Below, one piece after another: positions 15,516 to 28,522 of a stretch of 64,000 bases of DNA; within the stretch, counting starts at the first letter, position 1, and each line of letters starts with the position of its first letter. Below the pieces are notes generated by a model that had not been told where the DNA came from, did not search any database, and was given only the letters and a program-made list of their open reading frames with translations. Source of the stretch: the human T2T-CHM13v2.0 reference genome, Homo sapiens; NCBI RefSeq assembly GCF_009914755.1, contig NC_060931.1; one strand, 5' to 3'. Both the position numbers and the translations under genes were made by a program.

Positions 15516-16599
15516 GTGAGACGGGGCACACCGGGTGGACCGGCTTTCTGAAACATGGGCATATTCTCCGCCACCTGCCCCCTACTCTCCTCTTATCCCA
15601 GGCCGGCGTCAGGAGGAGGAACGCGCATCAGTTCCCAAGCAGTAGGAAGAACTGGAAGGCCTTGAAAGGCAATGCGCTTCCTTTAGAATAACAGTTTGGG
15701 CTTGGAGTTTCAACAGGAGAAAGAATGTCGGTCTTTCCTGGGGTGTGATTTTCCTTGCATACATAAGGCTGGGCTGAGTGTGGAGGCGGGTACCTGGAAG
15801 CCACACTTCTTACCACAGGCTGCTCTCGGGGCCCTGTTGTGACTCGTACCTGCGGTTCTGGGCAGGACTCTTCTTTCTTTCATTGCCTTTTATTCAGTCA
15901 CTGCCTGTGCTTGGGGTAAAACAAAAGTGATCTCTGAGCAGAATCCCGCTGACAGTAGAATTGGATGAGGATGTCAGACCTGGTTAAGCAGTAGTGTGGA
16001 GGGGCTGCTTCAACTTTGCCCCTGGCAGATGGCAAGGATGGGACCCAGAGGAAAGGGAGGTGTGTGCAGTTAAGGCGAGGGTCCCCCCCAGTACAAACGA
16101 ATGAAAACTCCAGCTGCGGGATAATGAATGAGAAGGCCTCCAAATTACTTTTTCACTGATGAAACACAAATGGAAGTGGCATATAATTAAAGGGGAAAGA
16201 AATATGGAAGCCCACTGTATATTGATAGGATATTTTGAGTAACTCTATTCATACTCAAAATGTGTCCTAAACTGTAGAGAACTTTCTTAAGCATCTTTTA
16301 AATTTTTTATGGAAAATGTCATATTTTACCAATAAATGTTGTTGTGTTAGAAAATATCCACTTTAATCTGAGAGGAAGAATATTCAGATCATCCCCAGTA
16401 TCACAACAGTTGTCACGCTAGTGCTTCAGGTTAGTCCTGGTGAAAGGTATAACCCAAGGTACCTCCGTGTCTTTCTTACACCTTTTATGATATTGCCACA
16501 CCCTGATAAATACTCGGTGTTCATTGTTAGAAGTTACCAATTTATCCTTTATTTCTCTATACCACCTGAATCTTAATTTATTTAGTCAGTTAGCTAGCT

Positions 16600-16860
16600 A
16601 GTTAGTTCAACAAACTTTAAATTGATTGAGTGCTTAGTTTGTGCTGGGCACTGGGCCAGGATGAATGAGAGATAGGGTCTGCCTTCAGCTTACTCACAGC
16701 CTTATCAGGGCAGCTGGCTAGGTACAGAGATGGACGCTGAGAAAACACAGTCAACTGACAAAGAGGGAGGAACAGACAAGGCTTTGAAGAGGGAAAGGAG
16801 TCGAAAAAGACTTTGAAAGGATAAATGAAAATTCACCAAATACGTAAAGGATACACAAAG
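16600..16860 (+). mobile_element. L2 fragment
   Basis: ttcaacaaac...attgagtgcttagtttgtgctgggcactggg. Confidence 0.55.
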
Positions 16861-18615
16861 AACACCAATTTAATTTTATCACTAAAGGTTGTAAACAATT
16901 AAACTATGTTGAAGGTGCCAAGATTGCCAGGGAAATGAAAATGTTGCCTTAGTACATGATCAGCTTCATGAAGGTCAAATGGATAGTTATATTCTGACAT
17001 TTGCACTTGAATTTTTTTTAAGATCCCTGAGTTGGCACATAAGATTTGGGATTCCCAATTAACTAAAACTAATCATCTAACCTCTATGTCAGTTTTCTCA
17101 CTTTCAAAACTGTGAAAAACTGAGTGACCGCATAGCATATTGTGAAATGCTGACTATGAAGCTATTTGGAAATGTGAAGTACCATATTTATAGTCAACAA
17201 AGCTAGGCTTCCCAAAGCTTTTGTGAAAGAATTTGAAAAAAAAAAGTTTCTCATTTACTAAGTGGTGGAAAGATATAAGTAAAACTACAATTAACCAAGC
17301 AATGCCTCTCTCCAGCTGGCTCTTCTGAGAATGGGAGGTGTTTTTGTATAGTGCTTCAATTGGTGAATCATCAATGCACCTTTTTTTAGCCACATAAAAT
17401 GTATTATTTAATATTATTTAACTTCAGCTTGTTTTTTTAACTATATTTATGTGGGGCATTAATATTTAACTGTCAGACATTTGTCACCAGGCAGCTGTGA
17501 TTGCAAGTAGAGGAGTAATTTCAAACAAGAATGCTTAAAAGTTAGCTTATGCCTTGATAAAATAGGTTTATCATTAATAGATTGCATTCCCATGACATGA
17601 TAAGACCAGATCAAGGACAGACCTTACAGAATTGCAAACCCATTTGGGCAAGCTTTTTTTGTTTTGTTTTCTTTTTATATATATTTTTTAAAGCAGGGGC
17701 TTGTGTATTGTTTTTACCAAAAAGTTAGTGGTGACCAAAGCTAGGAAAATATGCAGTAGTGGAACTTTGAACCATGTCACAATATTAAAACAGGTCAGAT
17801 TTTAGATCCTTTAAACAAACAAACAACAACAATAAAACACAGAAGTCTGGTGGTGTTGGATCCTAGACCAGAAGTACGGGCCATTAGGAATCAGTGAATT
17901 AGTTGGATTCCATACTACAGTCAGACAGAGATAGCTGCTGTTTGTTAAGCACAGGTTATTGGTCATAAGTGGATCATAACCAAAGAAATGTGGCTGGAGC
18001 ACCCATATCCCTTATTTTTGCTGGAATGCAAAGCAAACAAATGCCCAACTGATGGAAATGCGATAGTAGCAATCTCATTTCTAGAAGACAGTTTTCATAC
18101 AGTAAATTGCTATGAATGCAGTCTGCATGACTCTACAATTACTACAACACTAAATAAAAGTCTCTATCCTATGGCCTTATTATCCAAGGATATATATTAT
18201 CCAAGGAATATATAACCTTACATATATTAATATATATAATATATATATATTATAAGATTTACTTAAGAAGTATTGGCCACATTCAGCCTCAACCAAATTT
18301 TGGGTCAATCAGAACTGCCTGGAGTTTCAGAAGCTAAACTATTTGTGATGTTGAGAACCCAACTTAAGTTTGATGTCGGAGGATCATTAGATTCTCTGCT
18401 CCAAAATGAGGGAACACAAGTAAACAAAAATAAAATCCAAATGAGTTAACAACACCCTATAAACTGAACTCCTCGAATGTGGGTAACTGCTTTGCTGAAC
18501 AAGAAGATTCACTTTTGACATGTGCTAAATTCCCTTTTAGGACATGGAGATCTAAGGAGTCACGGAGATAGAAAATTTGTTAGCCTAAGGAAGAATAGAA
18601 AGTACATTGTATTCT

Positions 18616-18893
18616 GGCTGGGAGCAGTGGCTCTCGCCTGTAATCCCAGCACTTTGGGAGGCCAAGCTGGGCAGATAACTTGAGGTCAGGAGTTCAAGAA
18701 CAGCCTGGCCAACATGGTGAAACTCTGTCTCTACTAAAAATACAAAAATTAGCCAAGCATAGTAGCAAGTGCCCATGATCCCAGCTACTCAGGGAGGCTG
18801 AGGCAGGAGAATCACTTGAACCCGGGAGGCGAAGGTTGCAGTGAGCCGAGATCACTTCACTGCTCTCCAGCCTGGGAAATAGAGTGAGAACCT
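18616..18893 (+). mobile_element. AluS in CAV2 intron 2
   Basis: Full Alu dimer. Confidence 0.92.
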
Positions 18894-19138
18894 GAAAAGA
18901 AAGAAGGAAGGGAAGGGAAGAGGAGGGGAGGGGAGAAGAAAGAGAGAAAGAAAGAGAGGGAGGGAGGGAGGAAGGAAGGAAGGGAGGGAGGGAGGGAGGG
19001 AGGGAGGGAGGGAGGAAGAAAAAGAGAAAGAAGGAAAGAAAGAAAGAAAAGAAGAAAGAAAAAAGAAAAGAAAGGAAAGAAAGAAAGAAAGAGAAAGAAA
19101 AAGAAAGAAAGAAAGAGAAAGAAAGAAAGAAGGAAGGA
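18894..19138. repeat. Polypurine (GGGA/GAAA/GGAA)n tract
   Basis: About 245 nt of A and G only. Confidence 0.95.
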
Positions 19139-20465
19139 ATTCTAAGTGAAGTGGATTTGGTTAGGAAACTTTCTGATCTAAACTTCAGCCTTTTAATAGG
19201 CCAATTTGAGGTCATCTTGTTATAGTTATTTTCATTATATATTCTGCCTTCAAAATAGGTCTATTTATTATACATTATAATGACAGCATCATACAGGCAT
19301 TTCAGGGGTACATAATAAATGTCAATCCTCATAGCCAGTTCTGAGAGATCTCCTGGTGTCACTTTAATTTGTAGCAACATGCCCAAGACCACATATCAAG
19401 TGAGAAATATAATAGAATAATAAGTCTAAAGTTGCCATCATTGAGGTTTCTATTCAGCTATTTATCTCTGAAACACTTAGTAATTAATTTTCTTATTATA
19501 TAAAAGTGTTTCATGTATTTAGCACTTGAAATAAAACACAATTTGTGGAGACAGTCAATGTGAATAATTCTATATTCTAAAAATATATCAATCAATCAGA
19601 AAGCTGCCTAATATTTCCTTCATTTTGGGCTAAGTACAGCAGACCCTCATTTAAGTCATATTTTAATAGCAAACCAAGAAAATCAGCCTACTCCCTTATG
19701 CCCACCCAGGTAATAATAAAGCTTCCATTGAGGCTACCAGCAGTGCCTGAAAATCTCACAACTACTTTTGTGCTCAGAGGACATTACTACAACAGAGAAC
19801 ATTATTTAGAAAATTACATATAAAATTAACCATCCTGAGGACTATAAGGATATGCAGCTATGTTAGGAACAAGTGTATGAAAAATAACAATTTCAGGATA
19901 GACTAGTTTTCTTGCGTAAAAGTTCTAACATCATTTGCAGGGTTCTTTCAACTATACCATACAGCCCTTTTCAGTGTGTGTGATTACTGTGAAAAAATTA
20001 AAAAATATAAAACATAGTTAATAACATAAGGCATAAAAGAATGATAAATTTATGTTAGCTCAACCATTTACTAAGGGTCAAGGATGTCCTCACTGTTTAA
20101 AAAAACTTAAACGCTAGTAGGAAAGACAGAAATACAGCATCTATTTATAATACCTTTTGATACATGTGAAAATTAAGAAGTTTGTTTCAGTACTTTAGAA
20201 ATACAATGAGGGAATATCCGATCTAGCCTGGTCCAGGAAAAGGGAAGAAGACTGAGGCAGCAGGAAAGGCTATCAGGAAGTAAACCCTCAGGGAAGTGTG
20301 AAGACTTAAGCAGGTTAATGTTAACTGGCAGAGACCAGGTAGATAAAGACATGGTTTTATTTATTTTTGTTTTACTGTTTCAGATAGCATGCCACCAGTA
20401 GAAAGAATATTAGTGTTTATTATCTACATGACTATATTTTTAGGCAACATATTTTTTGTGCATCT

Positions 20466-20892
20466 TATCACTTTAGTCCATTTGCATTACTATGAAGGAA
20501 TACCTGAGACTAGGTTATTTATAAAGAAAAGAGGTTTATTTTTGCTCACAGTTCTGCGGGCTGTACAGGAAGCACAGTGCCAGCATCTACTTTAGGCAAG
20601 GACCTCAGGAAGCTTCCACTTATAGTGGAAGGAGAAGGAGGAGCAGGCATGTCACATGGCAAGAAAGGGAGCAAGAGAGAGAATGTGGAGGTCCCAGACT
20701 CTTTTAATTAATCAGATCTCAAGCAAACTAACTGAGTGAGAACTCACGTTACCAAGAGGGTGGCAGGCACTAAGACATTCATGAGGGATCTACCCGCTGT
20801 GATCCAATTATCCCCACTCGGCCCCACCTCCAACACTGGGGACTACATTTCAAAATGAGAGTCAGGGGGACAAAAAACCCAAATCATTATCA
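20466..20892 (-). mobile_element. MaLR solo LTR (MST family) ending about 145 bp before CAV2 exon 3
   Basis: aatacctgagactaggttatttataaagaaaagaggtttatt and ccccacctccaacactgggg. Confidence 0.85.
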
Positions 20893-21035
20893 GTGATCAT
20901 TGTTCATTTATTTGTTTCAAACTCTCAACCAAATTTAAGTAAATGGGTCAGTATTTTATCTTTTCATACATGTACAAGACAGACCTTATTTGGTAACAGC
21001 AACAATCCTCACACATCTCTCTTCCTTCCTTCCAG

Positions 21036-21186
21036 GATTTTAATGCCTTTTGTAAAGACCTGCCTAATGGTTCTGCCTTCAGTGGAGACAATATGGAAGA
21101 GTGTGACAGATGTTATCATTGCTCCATTGTGTACGAGCGTAGGACGATGCTTCTCTTCTGTCAGCCTGCAACTGAGCCAGGATTGA
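21036..21186 (+). CDS. CAV2: Caveolin-2 exon 3 coding part (C-terminus, stop TGA)
   Basis: Pyrimidine tract ctctcttccttccttccag|G. Encodes (W)[49 protein letters not shown]. Exons sum to 150+188+151=489 nt = 162 aa plus stop. Confidence 0.98.
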
Positions 21187-21978
21187 ATACTTGGACCCCA
21201 GGTCTGGAGATTGGGATACTGTAATACTTCTTTGTTATTATAACATAAAAGCACCACTGTTCTGTTCATTTCCTAGCTGTTCTAATTAAGAAAACTATTA
21301 AGATGAGCAACCACATTTAGAAATGTTTATTGACAGGTCTTTTCAAATAATGCTTTTCTAATTAATAGCCAAAGATTTCATATCTAACTTTGTAACCAGA
21401 ATTATACAGTAAGTTGACACCACTTAGATTTAAAGGCAGACAGTTTTGCTTTAGTACAATAGTATACATTTTATAATGATGAACTTATAATGATTAAGGG
21501 ACATTTCTATAAAAATACTACAATAGTTTTATGCACAACTTCCCATTAAAAATGAGATTTCTTATTTGTTTGTCTGTTTTTACTCTGGGAGTAATACTTT
21601 TTAAATTACCTTTACATATATAGTCACTGGCATACTGAGAATATACAATGATCCTGGAAATTGCAGTAACAAAAGCACACAACGATTATAGTAACTATAA
21701 GATACAATAAAACAAATAAATGTGAAAGTAGATTCATGAAAATGTATTCCTTTAAAATATTGTTTTCCTACAGGCCTATTTAACAAGATGTTTCATTTTA
21801 CTGTATATTTTGTAGTTAATATAAATGTTGCTCTAATCAGATTGCTTAAAAGCATTTTTATTATATTTATGTTGTTGAACTAATATATGAAATAAGTAAA
21901 TGTAGCTCCCACAAGGTAAACTTCATTGGTAAGATTGCACTGTTCTGATTATGTAAGCATTTGTACATCTTCTTTGGA

Positions 21979-21984
21979 AATAAA
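21979..21984 (+). terminator. Candidate proximal CAV2 polyadenylation signal
   Basis: AATAAA about 800 nt after the stop codon, followed by U-rich sequence (gctttcttttct). Confidence 0.55.
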
Positions 21985-22455
21985 AGATAAAAGAGCGATA
22001 CACAAAGCTTTCTTTTCTAACTTTTCCAAGCAAAATCTAAAATGTTTTATGACATTTTTCTGGCTGTGATCTTAAAATAATTCATATCTAAATAGTATTT
22101 TGTCTAGGAGATGCTTTCTCTCTAGTAGTTAGAAATTAAATCTGTGTCAGCATTCCTATTAATGTCTCACTTTACTTTCAAGTAATATTGGTGCTATTTA
22201 ACATTTTACAGTAAATGTTACTTCTGATACTTTAGTACAATTTCAACTACAGTGATTCATGTAGAGAGACAGGGGAGTTGTCAACTTGGGCTACTGAACT
22301 ACATGCATAAACTAAAAACTAACAGCTACAAACTTTTAAGATTTCTCTAATATTGGTATGTAACACAGGATAAAGTTATTCTTGTCATTTTGAACTGTAG
22401 AGTCCTATTTCGGTGTGATGAATCACTGTTGCTTTGAAAAATCTCATTATTTCTG

Positions 22456-22787
<332 letters not shown>

Positions 22788-23586
22788 TCAAAATGATAGA
22801 CATATACCAAAAACAAGTCTATAATGTGAGTAGTTACTAAAATTTACACATCTTAAAAGTGTGTAAATGCTTAAATTTCAGAATTACCATCAGAACCTCA
22901 ATTGACATTCCTTTGAATACGCTAATAAGTGACAAATAAGATTAATAAGATTTTTCAAAATCGCCAGGACTGGTGAATATAAATGATGATTGAACTGGAA
23001 TAATATTGGGGACCAAATCAAATGAATGATTAAATTATGAAGCTCATATCCTTTTGAAGGTAGTTGCAAAGAGACATTTCAAAACTGCCCTAGGCCATTG
23101 CAGCATCCTTAGATGGGACGCATAATCATTACCTTAAAGCATCACCACTCATTTTGACCATATAGATTTTATTATGTTAGTTTAAAAGGTCAATCAGCCT
23201 CATGACTTTATAGTTATGTCTTGTATTTAAAAACATTTTTTATACATTTGGTTATGTTGATAAACCAAAAACATTTGATTAATAAAATATCTATTTGAAT
23301 AAATTATGAGCTATCCTTTCAAACAGCTATTGGCAAGTTTTAAACCCAAAATATATACACATAGTTCTGTAATAAAACTGTGTGACTTCTCAAGTAACAT
23401 GACTTCCTTATTTCTGAACAGTACTGGTTACTTTCAAAATGAATTTTTATTGAGATTTTCCATTAACTATTTTTTTCAAAGACTCAAATTTTGTACCAAG
23501 TAAATCCAGGCTTTATGTACAAACATGTTGTTTGTTTTATTTGGGGCTGGGGGAGGTATATGATGAGCAGACTTCTCGGAATTCAT

Positions 23587-23592
23587 AATAAA
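23587..23592 (+). terminator. Candidate distal CAV2 polyadenylation signal
   Basis: AATAAA followed by a GU-rich tract (atgtgtgtattgcttttatt). Confidence 0.6.
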
Positions 23593-24189
23593 TTTTCTAA
23601 AAGCCTACAAATGTGTGTATTGCTTTTATTACAGTAAATATGGAATCTTTCATACTTATTTTTACCTTATTAAAAACTCAAAATAGATAATAAATACATT
23701 AGTTATTGCTTATTTGGGAATGTATTTTTAAAAATTATTACATTAGTAGTTGAATTCTTTGTTTTCCAGCACTTAAAGAGGTTCCATATAAATGTTCTAT
23801 CATTTGATGAATAGTATAAAATAGCCTGTTCACACACCCACCATACTTCTTCTTTTTTATAGTCTCTTCTTGCTAATCCTAAATAAACTGAAATTTGTTT
23901 CCAATTTTTAACATAAGAAAGTAACAATATAAATCACAGGCACTTGGATACCTGTACCATGAAGCTAGACTAGAGTCCAAAATTATTTTTGGAAAGTGAG
24001 TATGTGAAGAGTAGTTGCTGATGTTGGCATACATTTTCTTGTCAGTTCATCTGGAAAAACGACCAACCTATAATAATAAAGCAGGTGCTTGGCTTTTTAA
24101 AATGTTCTTTATAGTTTTCAGGAACTTTTAAAAATTCATCTTTTTGATAGTCATCCACATCCCATTAATTTATTTTGATGCCTCTCTTG

Positions 24190-24370
24190 GAAAGTTGTTG
24201 GAGTGTAGTGAAAAAAGCCCTGCCCTAGAAGTCAGGCAACTGGATTCCAGTCTCAGCATTGCCGTTATTGAGGTGTATCCCTTCATGCAAAGGGTTTAAT
24301 CTTGGGTTCTCAGTTTTCTTATCGTTAATGAAAGAATTGAACTAAATGGTCTCTCAGGAGCTTCCTATCT
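24190..24370 (+). mobile_element. MIR
   Basis: tagaagtcaggcaactggattccagtctcagc...ctcagttttcttatc. Confidence 0.6.
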
Positions 24371-24654
24371 CATTGTTTTCTGTGACTTCAGCAGGATGAA
24401 AACTTGGCTATGTATATGAAAACCAACCTAGCTGTCCAGTCCAAAAATATTTTTTTAAATCAGTGAATTTTCAATCAATTACAGGATAGGTGTGCTATAA
24501 ATACAATAATTAATGCATGTACTTTTCACCCTTCTATTGATTGTGAGACTGTATTTGGCCTCAATTCATTAAAACAGAGATCCTAAGATTTTTATCAATG
24601 CTAAGTCTTTATTATTATGAATTTCTGAAAAAAATTATATCTTAATTAGAATTT

Positions 24655-24935
24655 GCGATTGAACCTTTAACAACATGGGGTTGAACTGCTCAGTCCACTT
24701 ATACTCAGATTTTTTTTCAGTAAATACAGTTAGCCTTCCGTATCCACAGGTTCCTCATCCACCATCAAACTGGATCCAAAATAGAGTATTGCAAGATGCA
24801 AAACCCTCAGACAAGGAGGGCTGACTTTTCACCTCCTTGGGTTCTGCAGGGATGACAGGATTTAAGTATGCAAGGATTTTTATATCTGCAGGGGAATTCT
24901 AGAACCAATCCCTCAAGGGTACCGAGGAATGACTC
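24655..24935. mobile_element. TcMar-Tigger non-autonomous element (MER2/MER8-like)
   Basis: ttgaactgctcagtccacttatactcagattttt and gaaccaatccctcaagggtaccgaggaatgact. Confidence 0.7.
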
Positions 24936-24959
24936 TATTTCATTTTAAGATTTTCTGTC

Positions 24960-25550
24960 AAAATCACTGCTATGCCCCATAATCACTGCCATCTTTCTCT
25001 TTTGCCTGGCTATTTGCCACAGCCTCCTAACTGACCTCACTTCCTGCCTTCAATATGATCACCAATCCATTTTTCTCTTAAAAAAAACGTGATTATACCA
25101 AGACTAACCTGTCATTTCCCTGCTTAAAACTATCAATTGTATGTGATTGCCCTGAGAATAATATTCCAAGTTCTTGAGCAGCATATGCAAGGCCTTCGCC
25201 ATCAACCCGTTGTCATCGTTAGCAACTCTTCTGTAGCTTTACTGAACAACCCGTGCTACTCCTGTGTACCCATGCCAGCATTGTTTTTCTTCTCATGCCT
25301 GCCTCACTCTTATCTGTTTCCAAAACTCTTCCACATTAAGTGCCTCTTCTGTGTCTACATCTAAAATGTTGTACAAATTCCTATTATCACCTGTCACGTT
25401 GTAAAAGTAACCCTGTTAACTAATACCATTAGACTGCTAGTTAGGTATTTGAGAACCAAAAACATCACTTCACGTTTGCTGGGATTCTGAAATGGTGCCC
25501 AGTGCTTAATGAGTTCCATCAATATTTTCTGTATGAATGATTATGTAAAT
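24960..25550 (-). mobile_element. L2 fragment
   Basis: agcctcctaactgacctc, ccctgcttaaaac, and terminal gtgcccagtgcttaa...atgaatga. Confidence 0.55.
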
Positions 25551-27649
25551 AAATAACTGGAGAAAGCTTGGGATAATTGCAGAACTGAGAGTGGGAATTG
25601 CACAAAACTTCATAATTTCTTCTTTACAAAAGGGATTTGAAATGTACTGATTCTAATAAAAATTTCCTTCCCACCATTTTCTCACTCATGAATCATTAAG
25701 TTGAGAAAACAAAAACGTATATAAACCATTTTATATTTTATCGATTGGGGTAATGCCTGCCTTTAGTCTCCATTCTCGTATCTAAAATTTACTTTTAATT
25801 CTTCAGGGGTAGAAAGCCCTAGCATTTAGAAACTTGTCTGGAAACACACTTTCATGCTTTCTAGAATGTTGCTATTTCATTTACTATTCTATTCCTCACT
25901 TTGAAATTTATAACACTGAAAGATTGTTTCTTTGGGTTTTACATTTTAGAAAACACATTGTCTAATCTGAATCCCAGGACAAATTAAATAACATAATGGA
26001 GAAATCAAACAAATAATAGCTTAGTTTTTCTAGCTTGCAACTTTATCATTTTAGAATGTTTGTTTAAGATAACAAGTGCTTACAGAATTTTTACAGGGTT
26101 ACATGTTACTTTAAGAAACTTAAAAAAATAGTAAGTAGAGCTGCAAAGAAAAATTACCACAATGAATGTAATTTATCACAAATCAGGATTTGGTACACTT
26201 CTTCCCTTCAAGTTGTGTATGTGTGCAGGGAAGACAGGGGAAGAAGTTGACAGAGGAGGAGTAAAGGATACAGGTATACTAGATAGTCAGTTTATATTTT
26301 TTAGGAATAAAAATAAGTTTGGCAACTATAATTTAACCATCCCAATTTCCTCTCCCTATTCACCCCAAAATAGCAAAATGAGCAAAATAAAGCACCCCTT
26401 GCTAAATTTTTAAGACATTTCTGTGCCCACTCTCCAGTTTCTTGCTTTGGATTGTACCTGAAATGCTGCCATTGGAACTTGACATCTTGATACTTTTTTA
26501 AGTGAAACACACCCTTGAGTGGGGTAACATTTCAATCTATTAGCAGTCATCTATTTACTTTAGGTGAACAAGTGATCTGAGAAAGGAGTGTTGAAAACTA
26601 CATATGGGAACCAAGCATAAGAGCTCTGAGCACAATATGAGAGCACCATACACTGATTAAAAGAGATGTCACCAAAGAGAAAGCTGTGACAAAGGGAAAC
26701 AAGAGGCTCCAATCACATGGCCTTCAGCCTTCCCAGTTTCGCTTTTGGACAACCCAAATCCCTAGTGAAAGGGGCATGGAATCTGAACAGGAGTGGAGGA
26801 AATTGAAGTCAGCTAAAGACTTTTCTTTTTATCCACAAAGGAAAGTTGCTTTTGTCTTACTGAATGAATAGGACCCTAGGAGTGGGCATGAGGGCTCTGC
26901 TGGAACCATGTGCCCTAAAGACAATGCCGAAGCGTGCAACTGAAAATGAAAATGAAACTGTAACTTGTGACCATCTATCTGTGTCTTCTTTCGCCTTGCC
27001 TCTCTGTGCTGTTGACTGTTGCGGCATGTCTGCGGCAAAGAAAGACCATGCTGCAGTCAGAGAAATCAGAGGACACCACTTCAACAATTAACCAAAAATA
27101 GGACAGGGACACCTATCTGCCTGTGCTTGGACGTATTAGGTCATTCAGCTCAGCTGTGTGACTGGAGAAATCATTTTGCCTTTATAGGAAAAGGTAGGGG
27201 TGTAGGATGATGAGAGAAAGGAAGAGACATGACTCAGAGTGGGAAACAGCACGTAGCCAAGGGCAAATATTTCTCTCAGACATAAATGGATCAGGAAGAG
27301 GTGAGAGCAGCAGGTCATCTTTGGAGCATTCTTTTCTTTCCTGCCTCCCAGTCACTTGTCACCGAGCACCAACCAGTAACAAAAGGGGAGAGAAGGGCAG
27401 TATGCAGGACCTGTTTCTCTAACTGACTGGCACATCGGTTCCAGCCAACTGCTGTCTCAGCTAACTAGGGCAGTGAAACAAGGAGTCATTTGGAAAGTTT
27501 CAGGGATGCACACTCCACATCGCAGGGAGGCAAGTGGTGAGGAATAACCACCACGCTTATTTTACTGAGGAGGAAACTGGTTGAAATTCTTTATGTATTA
27601 TATGGCTGGGAGACCTCTGATCTCAGTACAAACAATAACAGGAGTATTT

Positions 27650-27840
27650 AGATTTGTCGAGCACTTATAATCTTCTGGGCATTTACTTAATCAGTACAAT
27701 AACCCTACGATGGGAATGTTACTGTCATTCCCATTTTTCAGATAATGAAACTGATGCTGTGAAGTTAAAGAATTTGCCCTAGACCACAGTCAGGATGTGA
27801 GCCAAGAGAGCCTGACATCAGAGCCCACACTCCTAATCAC
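27650..27840 (-). mobile_element. MIR
   Basis: cccatttttcagataatgaaactgatgct...gttaaagaatttgccctagaccacag. Confidence 0.7.
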
Positions 27841-28522
27841 TGTAGAGATGATTTTCTATTTCCTGAAAGAATGTGTCCATGGCTGTTCTTATGGCTTCCA
27901 GCCAAAATCTTCTTTTTTCATTCATCCACCTTTCCTACTCTGAGAAGCACCTTTTTTTCCATTCTCCCATCAATGGAGGCAGTTTCATGTCCTCAGTTGT
28001 AAGAGCTGTCCCAAGCTAGCACCTGGGCTTCATGTACCCTCCTCACTCGGCCTCCATCTAATCCCTGAACCCCTCCCCCAGCCCTGTATGCCGCTTTTCA
28101 GGGCACACCCTTTCTTTCTCCTTAGGATCTGAGCTCTAGACCTTACACTCCAGCTAAAGTCAGAAAAATAGTTCCCAAATGCCATTATTCTCATTTTTTG
28201 TAAATTTTGTAGCATTTTATTCCTTCACACAGACTTCCCTAATATGTATCAAAAGCCCAGTGATGATTTTTCTTCTCAATGCTAAACATCCTGACATGTA
28301 AAATATTAATAATTACAGCAATAATTTCAGTTTGGACTAAGCATATTGTTTTCTAGACAGAATCCTTATTTTGTATTTTCTTCATTTTGTCGGAAATTTC
28401 TTGTCAGTTTGTACATCCTTTTATGTTATCCAATTTTATTGTCAGTTACTTTGTCTTGGAGATCCCAGGGAAAACCATATATGAATTTATTTTCTCCTAT
28501 TGAATAATTTGCTCATTATAAA

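Larger units (their letters stand above)
14330..15630. promoter_or_regulatory. CAV2 CpG island and TATA-less GC-box promoter
   Basis: Very high GC and CpG density. Multiple GGGCGG Sp1 boxes at 14640-14765. Spans exons 1-2. Confidence 0.93.

Noticed and set aside
18694-19215. 173-aa Phe/Ser/Leu-rich ORF resembling a membrane protein
   Set aside because: Translation of a polypyrimidine STR plus an antisense Alu.
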